In this document: piece after piece, positions 18,096 to 27,187 of the stretch
Layout: the number at the start of each line of letters is the position of its first letter
Numbering within the stretch: position 1 is the stretch's first letter
Assembly (NCBI GenBank): GCA_030606485.1
Contig: JAUWGH010000008.1
Coordinates: forward strand, 90,001-122,000
DNA from: Promethearchaeota archaeon
GTDB taxonomy: Archaea > Asgardarchaeota > Lokiarchaeia > Sigyniarchaeales > SOKP01
Length of the DNA: 32,000 nucleotides
Direction of reading: 5' to 3'
The notes under the pieces: model-generated
The model's database searches: none
What the model was told of the DNA's origin: nothing
What the model saw: the letters and a program-made list of their open reading frames with translations, nothing else
Position numbers and translations under genes: made by a program

Positions 18096-20150
18096 ATGCT
18101 GGATGATGTTAAGATGATTACAAACAAAAGAATGATTAAGCATAAAATAATTGGTTTAACATTTATTTTTAGTGTTATTTTGTCTTCCTTTATTATTTTA
18201 AAATGTATTGATTTAAACAATAATTGTACCCGATATAATTCTACAAAGATTCTGACTTCTAATTCTAATAATTTTAACATATTGACATTTTGGGATCAAG
18301 AAATTGAACGCGTAAATAATACTTTATCAAATATTGAACTAGGAGAAAATTCTACTTTAAAATATACTAATCCTAATACAAAAGAAGAATATGATTTTAT
18401 TGTTCAAGAAATTCACTTTGATTCTCCAAATTGGGTCGATGCTACTCCCACAATTATAAAACTGCATGGATATCTTCTATACCCAGAAGAATTAAAAAAT
18501 AAAAATCCTGGATGTTTATGTATGCACGGTTTGGGTGGTAATGCTAACAAGTCTTTTGAGTTTGCTGCGCCTTATTTAGAAAATGGTTTTATGGTTTTAT
18601 GCCATTCTCATCCTGGGCATGGAAAATCCGAAGGGACAAACCCTACGCCAAATAATTTTTATTATGAAGGAGAATATAACAAATCATCACATCATTATTT
18701 GACTCTTTGCGGGGCTATTCAAGGGTTAAGAGTCTTGGAAAGTCTTAATCTTGTTAACAACTCAGAAATTATGGTTACTGGAAGTTCATATGGTGGATTA
18801 AATACCATGTATTTATCTGGTGTTTGTGGAGAGAGAATTGCGGGGGCAATACCATATATTGCTGTAGGTGATTATGAAAAGAATAATGAAGATCCTACGA
18901 AGCTTTTATTTTGGGTATGGAATAAAAATATTAATGAAATCCCTGATTCTTATTGGAATGAACAAAATCTAAGAACCGATCCAATATATTATTTAGCATC
19001 AGATAAGGTACCGCCAATTTTTTGGGAATTTGGCACTACAGATGAATTTTTTTATCATCATTGTATTATTAATACCTACGAAAAGGTTAATCATACTGAT
19101 AAATATCTTCAAATTCATCCTAATGGACACCATGGATTATTTGATTATGAAAATACGACAAAATTTTTTATTGATTATATTATTAGTAAGGGTTCAGCTC
19201 CTCCTAAAATTGATATTAAGGATCACATAAAAGGAAACAATATATTGGGTGATTATTTAGAAATTGAAGTGCATGTAGATTCGGATGTAAATATAGAATC
19301 AGTTCAAGTTGTATATAAATATCTTGATATTATAGGAACTTGTTGGGAAAAAGTTAATCTTGAAGAATCTGAAGAAGATATTTGGATAGGTATTTTAAAT
19401 CCAGGAGTTATTACATCAGATGTTGATTATTATATAATTGTTAATTTAGAAGGCGAAAATAATGTATGGTTCAGTTCGAAAATTTATACTGTAGGAAAAC
19501 TTATTAGTAATTTAACTATTCCATTTTATATTTTATTCATTGTTTTCATATCTTTTCCAGCAATTTTGTTAATTTGGAGGAGATATAAAAAAAATGTTAA
19601 AGAATTAGAGGAAAAATTTCAACGTGGAGCTAAAAAAAATTTAATCTTAGAAGTTTCTTTTTTGGGAATAACCGAAATGCTTTTTTTTATATCATTAATT
19701 TTACCAATAGCAGAATTTGGAAACAGTGGAGTATCATGGTCTTCAATATTTGTCTTTAACAAGTTATATACTTGGAAAGCGGTTTTTGGAAGTATGGCTC
19801 CATTTTTAACATCCATATTCCTTATTATATTTATATTATTTTTCCATATAAGCCTAATGAAACCAATAATTGCAGGTTTTTTCAAAATTGCTTATTTTTT
19901 ATACGCATTACTATTATATTCTGTCATTTCAGGTGTTATAGGGGGCTCGTCTGAGTTGGATAATTTTGGAATAATTAATTTAGGAATAGGCTTTTATTTA
20001 ATATTAATCGTGGCATTGATGTATATTAGTATAGGCGTTTGGAAACGATATTATCAAATAAATTTTAGAATAAGAGAACCTAAAAGGAAATTTTATAATA
20101 TTGACAGATGGTTTAGATTAAAAAGCTCAAGTAAGAAAAGGACTGATTAA
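18096..20150 (+). CDS. Surface-exposed alpha/beta-hydrolase (serine esterase/peptidase-like) with C-terminal multi-pass membrane domain
   Basis: 684 aa. N-terminal hydrophobic segment, MHGLGG, GSSYGG nucleophile elbow, GTTDEFF (Asp), PNGHHG (His), then about 5 TM segments. The start may be one of the downstream ATGs. Confidence 0.75.
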   Translation: MLDDVKMITNKRMIKHKIIGLTFIFSVILSSFIILKCIDLNNNCTRYNSTKILTSNSNNFNILTFWDQEIERVNNTLSNIELGENSTLKYTNPNTKEEYDFIVQEIHFDSPNWVDATPTIIKLHGYLLYPEELKNKNPGCLCMHGLGGNANKSFEFAAPYLENGFMVLCHSHPGHGKSEGTNPTPNNFYYEGEYNKSSHHYLTLCGAIQGLRVLESLNLVNNSEIMVTGSSYGGLNTMYLSGVCGERIAGAIPYIAVGDYEKNNEDPTKLLFWVWNKNINEIPDSYWNEQNLRTDPIYYLASDKVPPIFWEFGTTDEFFYHHCIINTYEKVNHTDKYLQIHPNGHHGLFDYENTTKFFIDYIISKGSAPPKIDIKDHIKGNNILGDYLEIEVHVDSDVNIESVQVVYKYLDIIGTCWEKVNLEESEEDIWIGILNPGVITSDVDYYIIVNLEGENNVWFSSKIYTVGKLISNLTIPFYILFIVFISFPAILLIWRRYKKNVKELEEKFQRGAKKNLILEVSFLGITEMLFFISLILPIAEFGNSGVSWSSIFVFNKLYTWKAVFGSMAPFLTSIFLIIFILFFHISLMKPIIAGFFKIAYFLYALLLYSVISGVIGGSSELDNFGIINLGIGFYLILIVALMYISIGVWKRYYQINFRIREPKRKFYNIDRWFRLKSSSKKRTD

Positions 20151-20299
20151 ATTTCTTTGAAGTGTAAAAAAAAAATTTAATTTCAATATTATCAGACAAG
20201 AACTACGAGAAAAGAGACTGCTTATAAATATAGATTAAGGTAAATTTGAAAAAATGTTATGGGTTTTTATTTTTTATAGTTCATTAGTGAGTAGATCGG

Positions 20300-20370
20300 T
20301 GGGATCAGACCGTCCGTCGTAAATCATCCATTAGATAGATGTCATTAACTTGTTAAGTCATCATTTCCCA
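20300..20370 (-). ncRNA. Box C/D 2'-O-methylation guide sRNA
   Basis: Minus strand reads UGGGA-A-AUGAUGA (box C)-CUUAACAAGUUA (12 nt)-AUGA (D')-CAU-CUAUCUA-AUG-G-AUGAUUU (C')-ACGACGGACGGU (12 nt)-CUGA (box D)-UCCCA. It has a 5-bp terminal stem, two canonical k-turns and two 12-nt spacers. A possible TATA (TTTAAATA) lies at 20396-20389. Confidence 0.87.
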
Positions 20371-20508
20371 AATTTATATTGAATTTGATATTTAAAAAAA
20401 ATATGTGAAAAGTAGAATAATTATAAAATATTTTTTAATATAGAATTATTTAAGTAATTATTCTAAAACAGATAATAATTATATAAAAAAAATATAGTGT
20501 GAAGAAAA

Positions 20509-21237
20509 ATGTCTTTACCGTCCAAGAAAATTATTGAAATTCAAGATAATGTTTACTCTCACGAGTTCAAAATGTTAAATCATGTGAGTGAATTAATTTT
20601 TAATAATGATAAATGCATTGAATGTGATTTTTGTGCAAAAGTATGTCCTAAAGAATGCATTGGCTCTCCAGAAGATATGGGAGTTGAATCAGATTTAAAA
20701 AGATATGTCGATATTGATAAATGTATATTTTGTGGTATATGCGCTTTCACTTGCTCAGGATTTGCATTAAATTTACGAATTAATGGTGAGCCCAAACTTC
20801 TTCTTATAGAGAATGGATCTCTTCCTGAATTAAAACCAAAAGAACTTAAAATTAAGGAAACAGGTCAGAAAATTCAAAAATTGGTAGAAGGAACTACGAA
20901 GATTGAAAGCACAGAAAAGAAAGTTAAAACTGTTGAGGATTTTGTAAAAGAATGCGTAGTTGGAGCACTCTCAAATAAAGGAACCGAAATTATCATAGAT
21001 AAAGATCAGTGTATTAACTGTTTTAAATGTCAAAAGGCATCTGAAAAGAGTTATCCAAAAATAAATGTTGATATTACCCGTGCTCGTATCCCAAATGAAG
21101 GTGAAGTCTCATCTGTATGGAAAAGAATTACTGAAGCATTATTAGGCTTGCCAGCAGCTATTACAGATCTTCAAGGTCCAACAAAAAAGAAAATGACCGA
21201 GCAAGTACTTAATTTATTAGGAAAACAAGCAAAATAA
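20509..21237 (+). CDS. 4Fe-4S ferredoxin-domain protein (polyferredoxin-like)
   Basis: 242 aa. CIECDFCAKVCP, CIFCGICAFTC and a degenerate CINCFKC motif. Confidence 0.75.
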   Translation: MSLPSKKIIEIQDNVYSHEFKMLNHVSELIFNNDKCIECDFCAKVCPKECIGSPEDMGVESDLKRYVDIDKCIFCGICAFTCSGFALNLRINGEPKLLLIENGSLPELKPKELKIKETGQKIQKLVEGTTKIESTEKKVKTVEDFVKECVVGALSNKGTEIIIDKDQCINCFKCQKASEKSYPKINVDITRARIPNEGEVSSVWKRITEALLGLPAAITDLQGPTKKKMTEQVLNLLGKQAK

Positions 21238-21406
21238 ATTTTTATTTAACTCTTTTTCAAACTTTTCCTGATTTTTAATCCTAAATAAATAAGATCTTTT
21301 TTTAAAAAGATTAAATATTAAGTGAAATTAAATACAATTATCTTACATTAAAATTAATTAAAATAATCTGATAAAAATTAAATAAAATAAAGTAGGTTGA
21401 AAAAAT

Positions 21407-22408
21407 ATGGTAAAGCGTGTAGCTATTAATGGCTTCGGGCGAATCGGCAGAAATTTTTTCAGAGCTGCTTGGGGAAATCCCGGTCTTGAGATTGTTAGTA
21501 TTAACGATCTCTTTGCCCCAGAATATCTAGCATATGTGTTAAAATATGACACTGTATTTGGCCGATTTAAAGGAGATATCAAACACACTGAGAATAGCCT
21601 AATAATTGATGGACGCGAGATACCCATAACGGCAGAACGAGATCCTGCAAATCTTCCTCACGCAAGTAATAATATTGACGTCGTATTAGAATCTACGGGA
21701 TTTTTCACTAAGCGAGATGGAGCTGCAAAACATCTTGCTGCTGGAGCAAAAAGAGTCCTAATTAGTGCTCCTGCCACAGATCCTGATGTCACTGTAGTCA
21801 TTGGAGTAAATGATGATATAATAAAAGATGAACATAAAATTATCAGCCTTGCGAGTTGTACAACTAACTGTTTGGGGCCAGTCGCCAAAGTGTTACATGA
21901 TAATTTTACTATTACTAGCGGATTTATGACAACAATTCACTCTTATACCGGAGATCAAAGAACAGTAGACACAGCTCGAAAAGATTCTCCAATTAAAATG
22001 ACTCGTGGAAGAGGTGCGGCTGCAAATATGATACCAACCAGTACAGGTGCTGCAAAAGCAATTGGTGTAGTAATTCCTGATTTACAAGGGAAGATAGATG
22101 GTGTAGCGGTTCGTGTACCAACTCCAGATGGTAGTGTTGTAGATTTAACGGTTGTAGTTGAGAAGGATGTAAGCGTAGATGCTGTAAATTCTGCCATGAA
22201 AGTGGCAGCAGAAGGTCCACTAAAAGATATTCTCGAATATACTGAAGACCCAATTGTTTCAAGTGATGTTATTGGTAACCCTCACAGTTCTGTCTTTAGC
22301 GCTATGATGACTAAAGTTATTGGTAAAACTGTTAAAATATTTTCATGGTATGACAATGAATGGGGCTATTCCATGAGATGTGTTGAACTAATTGTAAATA
22401 AATTATAG
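21407..22408 (+). CDS. gap: Glyceraldehyde-3-phosphate dehydrogenase, type I (bacterial/eukaryotic class)
   Basis: 333 aa. AINGFGRIGR, ESTGFF, ASCTTNCL, IPTSTGAAKA, RVPTPDGS, WYDNEWGYS. Confidence 0.95.
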   Translation: MVKRVAINGFGRIGRNFFRAAWGNPGLEIVSINDLFAPEYLAYVLKYDTVFGRFKGDIKHTENSLIIDGREIPITAERDPANLPHASNNIDVVLESTGFFTKRDGAAKHLAAGAKRVLISAPATDPDVTVVIGVNDDIIKDEHKIISLASCTTNCLGPVAKVLHDNFTITSGFMTTIHSYTGDQRTVDTARKDSPIKMTRGRGAAANMIPTSTGAAKAIGVVIPDLQGKIDGVAVRVPTPDGSVVDLTVVVEKDVSVDAVNSAMKVAAEGPLKDILEYTEDPIVSSDVIGNPHSSVFSAMMTKVIGKTVKIFSWYDNEWGYSMRCVELIVNKL

Positions 22409-22675
22409 AAAAAATCTAATTTCTTTTCTTTTTATTTTTTCTTTTTAAATTATTTAATTTAATTAATGAGCTATGAGTCTATTAAAAATAGAAGAATTTT
22501 CTTTTATATTGATACTCAAGAATATGAAATAATGATTAAGGAGATTATTAATAGGATATTTTTACAAGGCAATATATTAATTAGGTTTTTAAGTATATAT
22601 ATAAGTGAAACTTAATATTACAATAACTAAATTTTAATAAATAAAAAATCAAAATTTTAAAAGAAGTGAAATTAT

Positions 22676-23065
22676 ATGGCAGAAAAGGAAGTATCAAAAG
22701 TGTTAAAAATAACATTCCTCGTCCATTTTGTTGTAGCTGTTCTCTTGGGTTTTTTCTACTTGTTTTTACCAGATGAATTTGTGGCTTTGTTTAGTTGGCC
22801 TTATTCTGACCCAGTCGCAATTAGGTTGCTTGGTGCAGCTTTTCTGGGTCTTGGAATTAGTTCCGCATTGGGTTCAAGAGAATCTGATTGGGAGAAAGTT
22901 AAGATTGTAGTAGTAATGGAAATAGTTTGGCTCGCTGTGGCTTTTGTGGTTATGCTTTTGAGTGTAATTATAGCTGGCACAGGATTGGGAGGCTTATTAT
23001 TTGTTTTCATAAGTGTTGCATTTTTAGGATTATTTATATTCTCCTATTTCCAGACTACATGGTAA
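22676..23065 (+). CDS. Hypothetical 4-TM membrane protein
   Basis: 129 aa with four hydrophobic segments and a WPYSDP..IRLLGAA motif. No function recognised. Confidence 0.65.
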   Translation: MAEKEVSKVLKITFLVHFVVAVLLGFFYLFLPDEFVALFSWPYSDPVAIRLLGAAFLGLGISSALGSRESDWEKVKIVVVMEIVWLAVAFVVMLLSVIIAGTGLGGLLFVFISVAFLGLFIFSYFQTTW

Positions 23066-23114
23066 AACAAATTAAAAACATATAAATAAATTTTTTATTA
23101 CTCTTTTCTTTTTT

Positions 23115-24527
23115 TTAAAGATTCATAACTTCTCGTCGATATTCTGCCATATTAATAACTTCTCCTTCAAGTCTTGACTTTTCCGCGGCAAATGCCATTA
23201 TATGGCTTTCAAGGGAAGCTTGGACATCTGTAAGAGGTTTTGAAATATTATGTTTCATTAAATCTACAAATGCATTCATAAGTCCGGTATCCCCTCCGCC
23301 ATGTCCAGTCAGTTCCAGATGTCCTTCAAATATTTTTTCTTTCTTTCCAGATAATTTATCATAGAGCCAGATTTGTTCTCCAGAAAATAAAAATTCTCCA
23401 ATTAATGTTGCCTTAGTCCCATCAATTCGAATACTTCTTCCTTCGAAGGCTGAATGACCATGAACAGTGAGATTTGCTGTTATACCATTTTCAAATTCTA
23501 TATTAACTGTTTGGTGATCAACTACATTATTATCGCAATGATACACACATCTCCCATAAGGACCTTCTTTAAGTGCTTTCATTTTTCCCTCATAGGTTAA
23601 ATCATCTGTAATCACACTTACTGGCCATCCATTCCATTCAACGGCATCTTTAAGCGGTGGAATTATTTTACTTAAGATTTTTGCTGTAGTTCTGTGTTTA
23701 ATTGCAAGCCATGCAAAAAATTTTATGATTTTAATGTCACAATCCAAACCCACCCGAAATAAAGGCGTATTATCAATATAAATAAAGGGAGCATAAAAAA
23801 TACATTTATCGGCATAAGGACAACCATCTAGGCAACGCTTAGGTGCACCTTCAGGAGCATTTTCTTTTTTATAATATAATAGATTTCCAAATGAACTAAT
23901 TTTTTTTGGTGGGACTCCAACCATCCAATACAATAAATCCAAATCATGACAGCATTTAGCAAGGATCATTGGGGAAGATATTTCAGAATTTCTCCAGTTT
24001 CCTCGTATGTAAGAGTGACTATAATGAAAATAAGATACATTTTCTTTACATTCAATATTAATTACTTTGCCTAATTTTCCATTTTGTATAGTATCATAAA
24101 TTGTAGAGTAAAAATCGGTATATCTCAACACATGACAGATTTGGAGGTGCTTACCGGTTTCTTGGGCTTTATTAACAAGTTGAACACACTCATCTAATTT
24201 ATTTGCCATAGGTTTTTCTAATAAAACATCATACCCTTGTTCCATAGCTAGTAATGCAGGTTGGGTATGCATATTATCTTGTGTAGTAATAATAGCAGCA
24301 TCCGCAAATTTATCCTCTGCTAAAATATCTTTCCATAAATTATAGCTTCTATTTTCCGGAATTTTATGGATTTTCATAAAATTATTGCGTTTAATAGGAT
24401 TTGGTTCTGCGACACCAATTATTTGTATTTTATCCTTATTACTTTCCGCATATCTTCCATATGCATCACGACCACGCTGTCCAGCACCACAAACTATGGC
24501 AGTAATTGGTTTTTCCATTTTTCTCAT
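23115..24527 (-). CDS. Gfo/Idh/MocA family oxidoreductase
   Basis: 470 aa. VCGAGQRG, IIGVAEP, LLEKPMA, CHVLRY, KCCHDLD, GHGGGD. Confidence 0.88.
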   Translation of the reverse strand: MRKMEKPITAIVCGAGQRGRDAYGRYAESNKDKIQIIGVAEPNPIKRNNFMKIHKIPENRSYNLWKDILAEDKFADAAIITTQDNMHTQPALLAMEQGYDVLLEKPMANKLDECVQLVNKAQETGKHLQICHVLRYTDFYSTIYDTIQNGKLGKVINIECKENVSYFHYSHSYIRGNWRNSEISSPMILAKCCHDLDLLYWMVGVPPKKISSFGNLLYYKKENAPEGAPKRCLDGCPYADKCIFYAPFIYIDNTPLFRVGLDCDIKIIKFFAWLAIKHRTTAKILSKIIPPLKDAVEWNGWPVSVITDDLTYEGKMKALKEGPYGRCVYHCDNNVVDHQTVNIEFENGITANLTVHGHSAFEGRSIRIDGTKATLIGEFLFSGEQIWLYDKLSGKKEKIFEGHLELTGHGGGDTGLMNAFVDLMKHNISKPLTDVQASLESHIMAFAAEKSRLEGEVINMAEYRREVMNL

Positions 24528-24705
24528 CTTGATTTTAATTATAAAAACAATTAATTAGAATTTATAATTTTTGTTAAGATTTATCACTTTCATTCACTAA
24601 TTACTTAAAAGAATTTGAACTTATAGAAATCAGAAAAAAATAATTTAAATAATAGTAAATTAGAATAAAAAATAAGAAAAAGTAATTGATTTTAAGGATA
24701 AAAAT

Positions 24706-25014
24706 ATGAAAATATCAGCAATATTATGGGGTATTGTTTTTTTATTTGCAGCAGCGTTTTTTTTTGTTGTATCTACATGGTTTCTTGTTTTTTTATATCC
24801 CATTATTCAAGAGGAGATGGCATTAACATTGTTCTTAATTTTATTATATATTGTTGCAATATTAATTGGACTTATTTTTGTAGCGGCAATGGGTAGATGT
24901 TTCTATAACGCTAAAACAGGAGATATTGGGATTGCCAATTGGATTAAGATTTTTGGTCTAATTTCACTTGCCTTTTTCGCTTTATTTATTTTACTTTGGT
25001 TATTTCTTCCCTAA
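24706..25014 (+). CDS. Hypothetical small membrane protein (about 3 TM)
   Basis: 102 aa, ATG start, strongly hydrophobic, occupies its own intergenic slot. Confidence 0.55.
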   Translation: MKISAILWGIVFLFAAAFFFVVSTWFLVFLYPIIQEEMALTLFLILLYIVAILIGLIFVAAMGRCFYNAKTGDIGIANWIKIFGLISLAFFALFILLWLFLP

Positions 25015-25086
25015 GATGGAAGAAAATAGAAAAAAATAATTGAAATAAAAAATTTTTTAAATTAAAGACTAGTTTTTTATTTTTTT

Positions 25087-25893
25087 TTATCCTCGAAATC
25101 TTTTTTGTAATGTTTTTCCGTGTAGTTTGAATGACAAAAATAGAAATCCAAAGCCAAAAAGCAATAAAATACCAAAATCAAGTAGTAATCCAAACGATCC
25201 GAACGCACTATTTCCTGATAACCCGAAATTTATAATGTCTATAAAATAAGTCAGCGGAGATATCATTGCACCGGGCACAGATTCAATTGGCATAAAAAGT
25301 GGGCTTATAAAGATTAGTGGAAACTTGATTATTACTGTTAAAATCATAGTATTCGCAGGTGTGTCTGATGGTGGGACTGATAAAATGATGCTAATACAGG
25401 AAAATGAAAATGATGACACAAGAATTCCAATTATAATAATTACCAAATTTAATGAATTCCAAAATGAAAAAACCACAAGACCAAATATTAAAGGAACAAT
25501 TGAAATAATCGAACCAAATATAAATGAAGCCCAAACATCTCCTAATATAATTGTTTTTATTGAAATTGGACAAGTTATTAATCTTTCGAGGGTTTTTTGT
25601 CTTGTTTCCCATGGAAAAGCTATAGGTCCAATAGATGTTGCAGATAAAAAGAGAACCATCGCCATTAATCCTGAAATAATATAAATAGGAAGAATCTCTC
25701 GTCCAATTGTCATTGCAACAAATAATACCACCGGAAATAAAAATCCTTGAATTACTACTGGTCCTTTATTATAATAAATCCTTAAATTTTTTTTCGCAAT
25801 AGCAATAGATCTTTTCATTTGGGAACTAAATTGTTCAATCTTTGATTTTTTAGGAAATAATGATTCTTCTTTAATTTTAACCACCTCTTTCAA
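25087..25893 (-). CDS. ABC-2 type exporter permease
   Basis: 268 aa, about 6 TM. ERLITCPIS..TIILG and SPLTYFID motifs. Overlaps the upstream ATPase gene. Confidence 0.8.
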   Translation of the reverse strand: MKEVVKIKEESLFPKKSKIEQFSSQMKRSIAIAKKNLRIYYNKGPVVIQGFLFPVVLFVAMTIGREILPIYIISGLMAMVLFLSATSIGPIAFPWETRQKTLERLITCPISIKTIILGDVWASFIFGSIISIVPLIFGLVVFSFWNSLNLVIIIIGILVSSFSFSCISIILSVPPSDTPANTMILTVIIKFPLIFISPLFMPIESVPGAMISPLTYFIDIINFGLSGNSAFGSFGLLLDFGILLLFGFGFLFLSFKLHGKTLQKRFRG

Positions 25894-26800
25894 TTATCTT
25901 TAAAAATACTTCTTCTAAACGTGGTTGATGAGTATTTAATCGTTTTATTTCTAATTTATTTGTTTTAGCAAAATCTGTAATTTGTATAATAGCTTGATTC
26001 ACTTCATGAACAATAACGGAAAAACCATCTTTAACTTTCTGTACTTTTTTTATTGAACTTAATTTTTCGAATTCTTCTTTATTAATATCTTGATTGAAAG
26101 AGATATCAATTTCTTGAAATTCTTGAAATAATTTCTTGAGATTCTCTGGAGTATCTAAACTTACAATTTTTCCTTTATTTATTATTGCGATTCGATCGCA
26201 TAATTCATTGGCAACTTCCATATCATGAGTTGTTAAAAAAATCGTCGTTCCATTTTGGTTATATTCTTTTAATAATTGCTTTATTATTTTAGCACTTTGA
26301 ACATCTAATCCAACAATGGGTTCATCAAGAAATAATATTATAGGATCATTCATAAGCGCCATACATAATAATAATCGTTGTTTCATGCCTTTTGAATATT
26401 TTCTCGTTTTGAAATTTCGTTTTTCAAATAGTTCAAATTGTTTTAACAATTTTTCAGCGCGTTCTTTATTGATTTTTTTAGGTACACCATACAATTCACC
26501 TATTAACGTTAAGTTTTGCATACCTGTAAGATCTGGATAAACATTTGCCATTTCAGGGACATTTCCAATAATTTGCTTAATAGGAATAGGATCTTTCCAT
26601 ACATTTTTTTCAAATATTTGAATTTGCCCATTTGTTGGTTTTAATACTCCAGTCATCATTCTAATTGTAGTTGTTTTACCTGCTCCATTTGGACCTAAAA
26701 AACCAAATATTTCACCTTTATTTACGGAAAAATTAACTTTATCTACAGCATGGACCTGACCAAAATATTTCGAAAGATTTTCAACTTTTATAACATTCAT
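25877..26800 (-). CDS. ABC-2 type exporter ATP-binding protein
   Basis: 307 aa. Walker A GPNGAGKTT, signature YSKGMKQR, Walker B ILFLDEP, TTH switch. GGAG RBS upstream. Confidence 0.92.
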   Translation of the reverse strand: MNVIKVENLSKYFGQVHAVDKVNFSVNKGEIFGFLGPNGAGKTTTIRMMTGVLKPTNGQIQIFEKNVWKDPIPIKQIIGNVPEMANVYPDLTGMQNLTLIGELYGVPKKINKERAEKLLKQFELFEKRNFKTRKYSKGMKQRLLLCMALMNDPIILFLDEPIVGLDVQSAKIIKQLLKEYNQNGTTIFLTTHDMEVANELCDRIAIINKGKIVSLDTPENLKKLFQEFQEIDISFNQDINKEEFEKLSSIKKVQKVKDGFSVIVHEVNQAIIQITDFAKTNKLEIKRLNTHQPRLEEVFLKIIERGG

Positions 26801-26879
26801 TTTCGATGTTCTCCTTTTAAATTCTTATATTTTTTATTTTAATCTATGCTTTAAGTTTTTCTATAAATCATCAAAGATT

Positions 26880-27038
26880 CTATATGTTCCCTTCTTTTTT
26901 CAATTTCTCAAAGAATTCTTGTCCATGACATTTTATAATTTGATCTTCTGAGCATTGCCCATCTTCGAAGCCATCCCGAATTTCGGGTTTATCGCAATCA
27001 CAATCATCAGCATGTGATTTTTCTTTTTTATCAACCAT
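26880..27038 (-). CDS. 52-aa Cys/His-containing microprotein (possible metal-binding)
   Basis: Below the track cutoff. MVDKKEKSHADDCDCDKPEIRDGFEDGQCSEDQIIKCHGQEFFEKLKKEGNI. ATG 27038 with GGAG upstream, TAG at 26882-26880. Same strand as, and just upstream of, the ABC exporter. Confidence 0.6.
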   Translation of the reverse strand: MVDKKEKSHADDCDCDKPEIRDGFEDGQCSEDQIIKCHGQEFFEKLKKEGNI

Positions 27039-27085
27039 TTTTTATTTTCTCCAAAAATTTTTTAAGATTACCTATACTGTATTAA

Positions 27086-27143
27086 TTGAAGTATTTAAAC
27101 TTCAAAGAGTGAAGTATTGAAGTAGATGTTAATTATGGAAGTA
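27086..27143. promoter_or_regulatory. Candidate operator: palindrome TTGAAGT-N6-ACTTCAA plus four GAAGTA copies
   Basis: Inverted repeat 27086-27105. GAAGTA at 27088, 27111, 27119 and 27138. Lies between the divergent microprotein/ABC genes and the HxlR-family regulator. Confidence 0.4.
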
Positions 27144-27187
27144 ACTATCTAAAAATAAAGTGTTAAAAAGAAAGGAGTTATTTTAAA

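Noticed and set aside
20309-20319. Plus-strand ACCGTCCGTCG as a fragment of an rRNA gene
   Set aside because: The flanks do not continue as 16S sequence. It is explained as the antisense of the sRNA guide.
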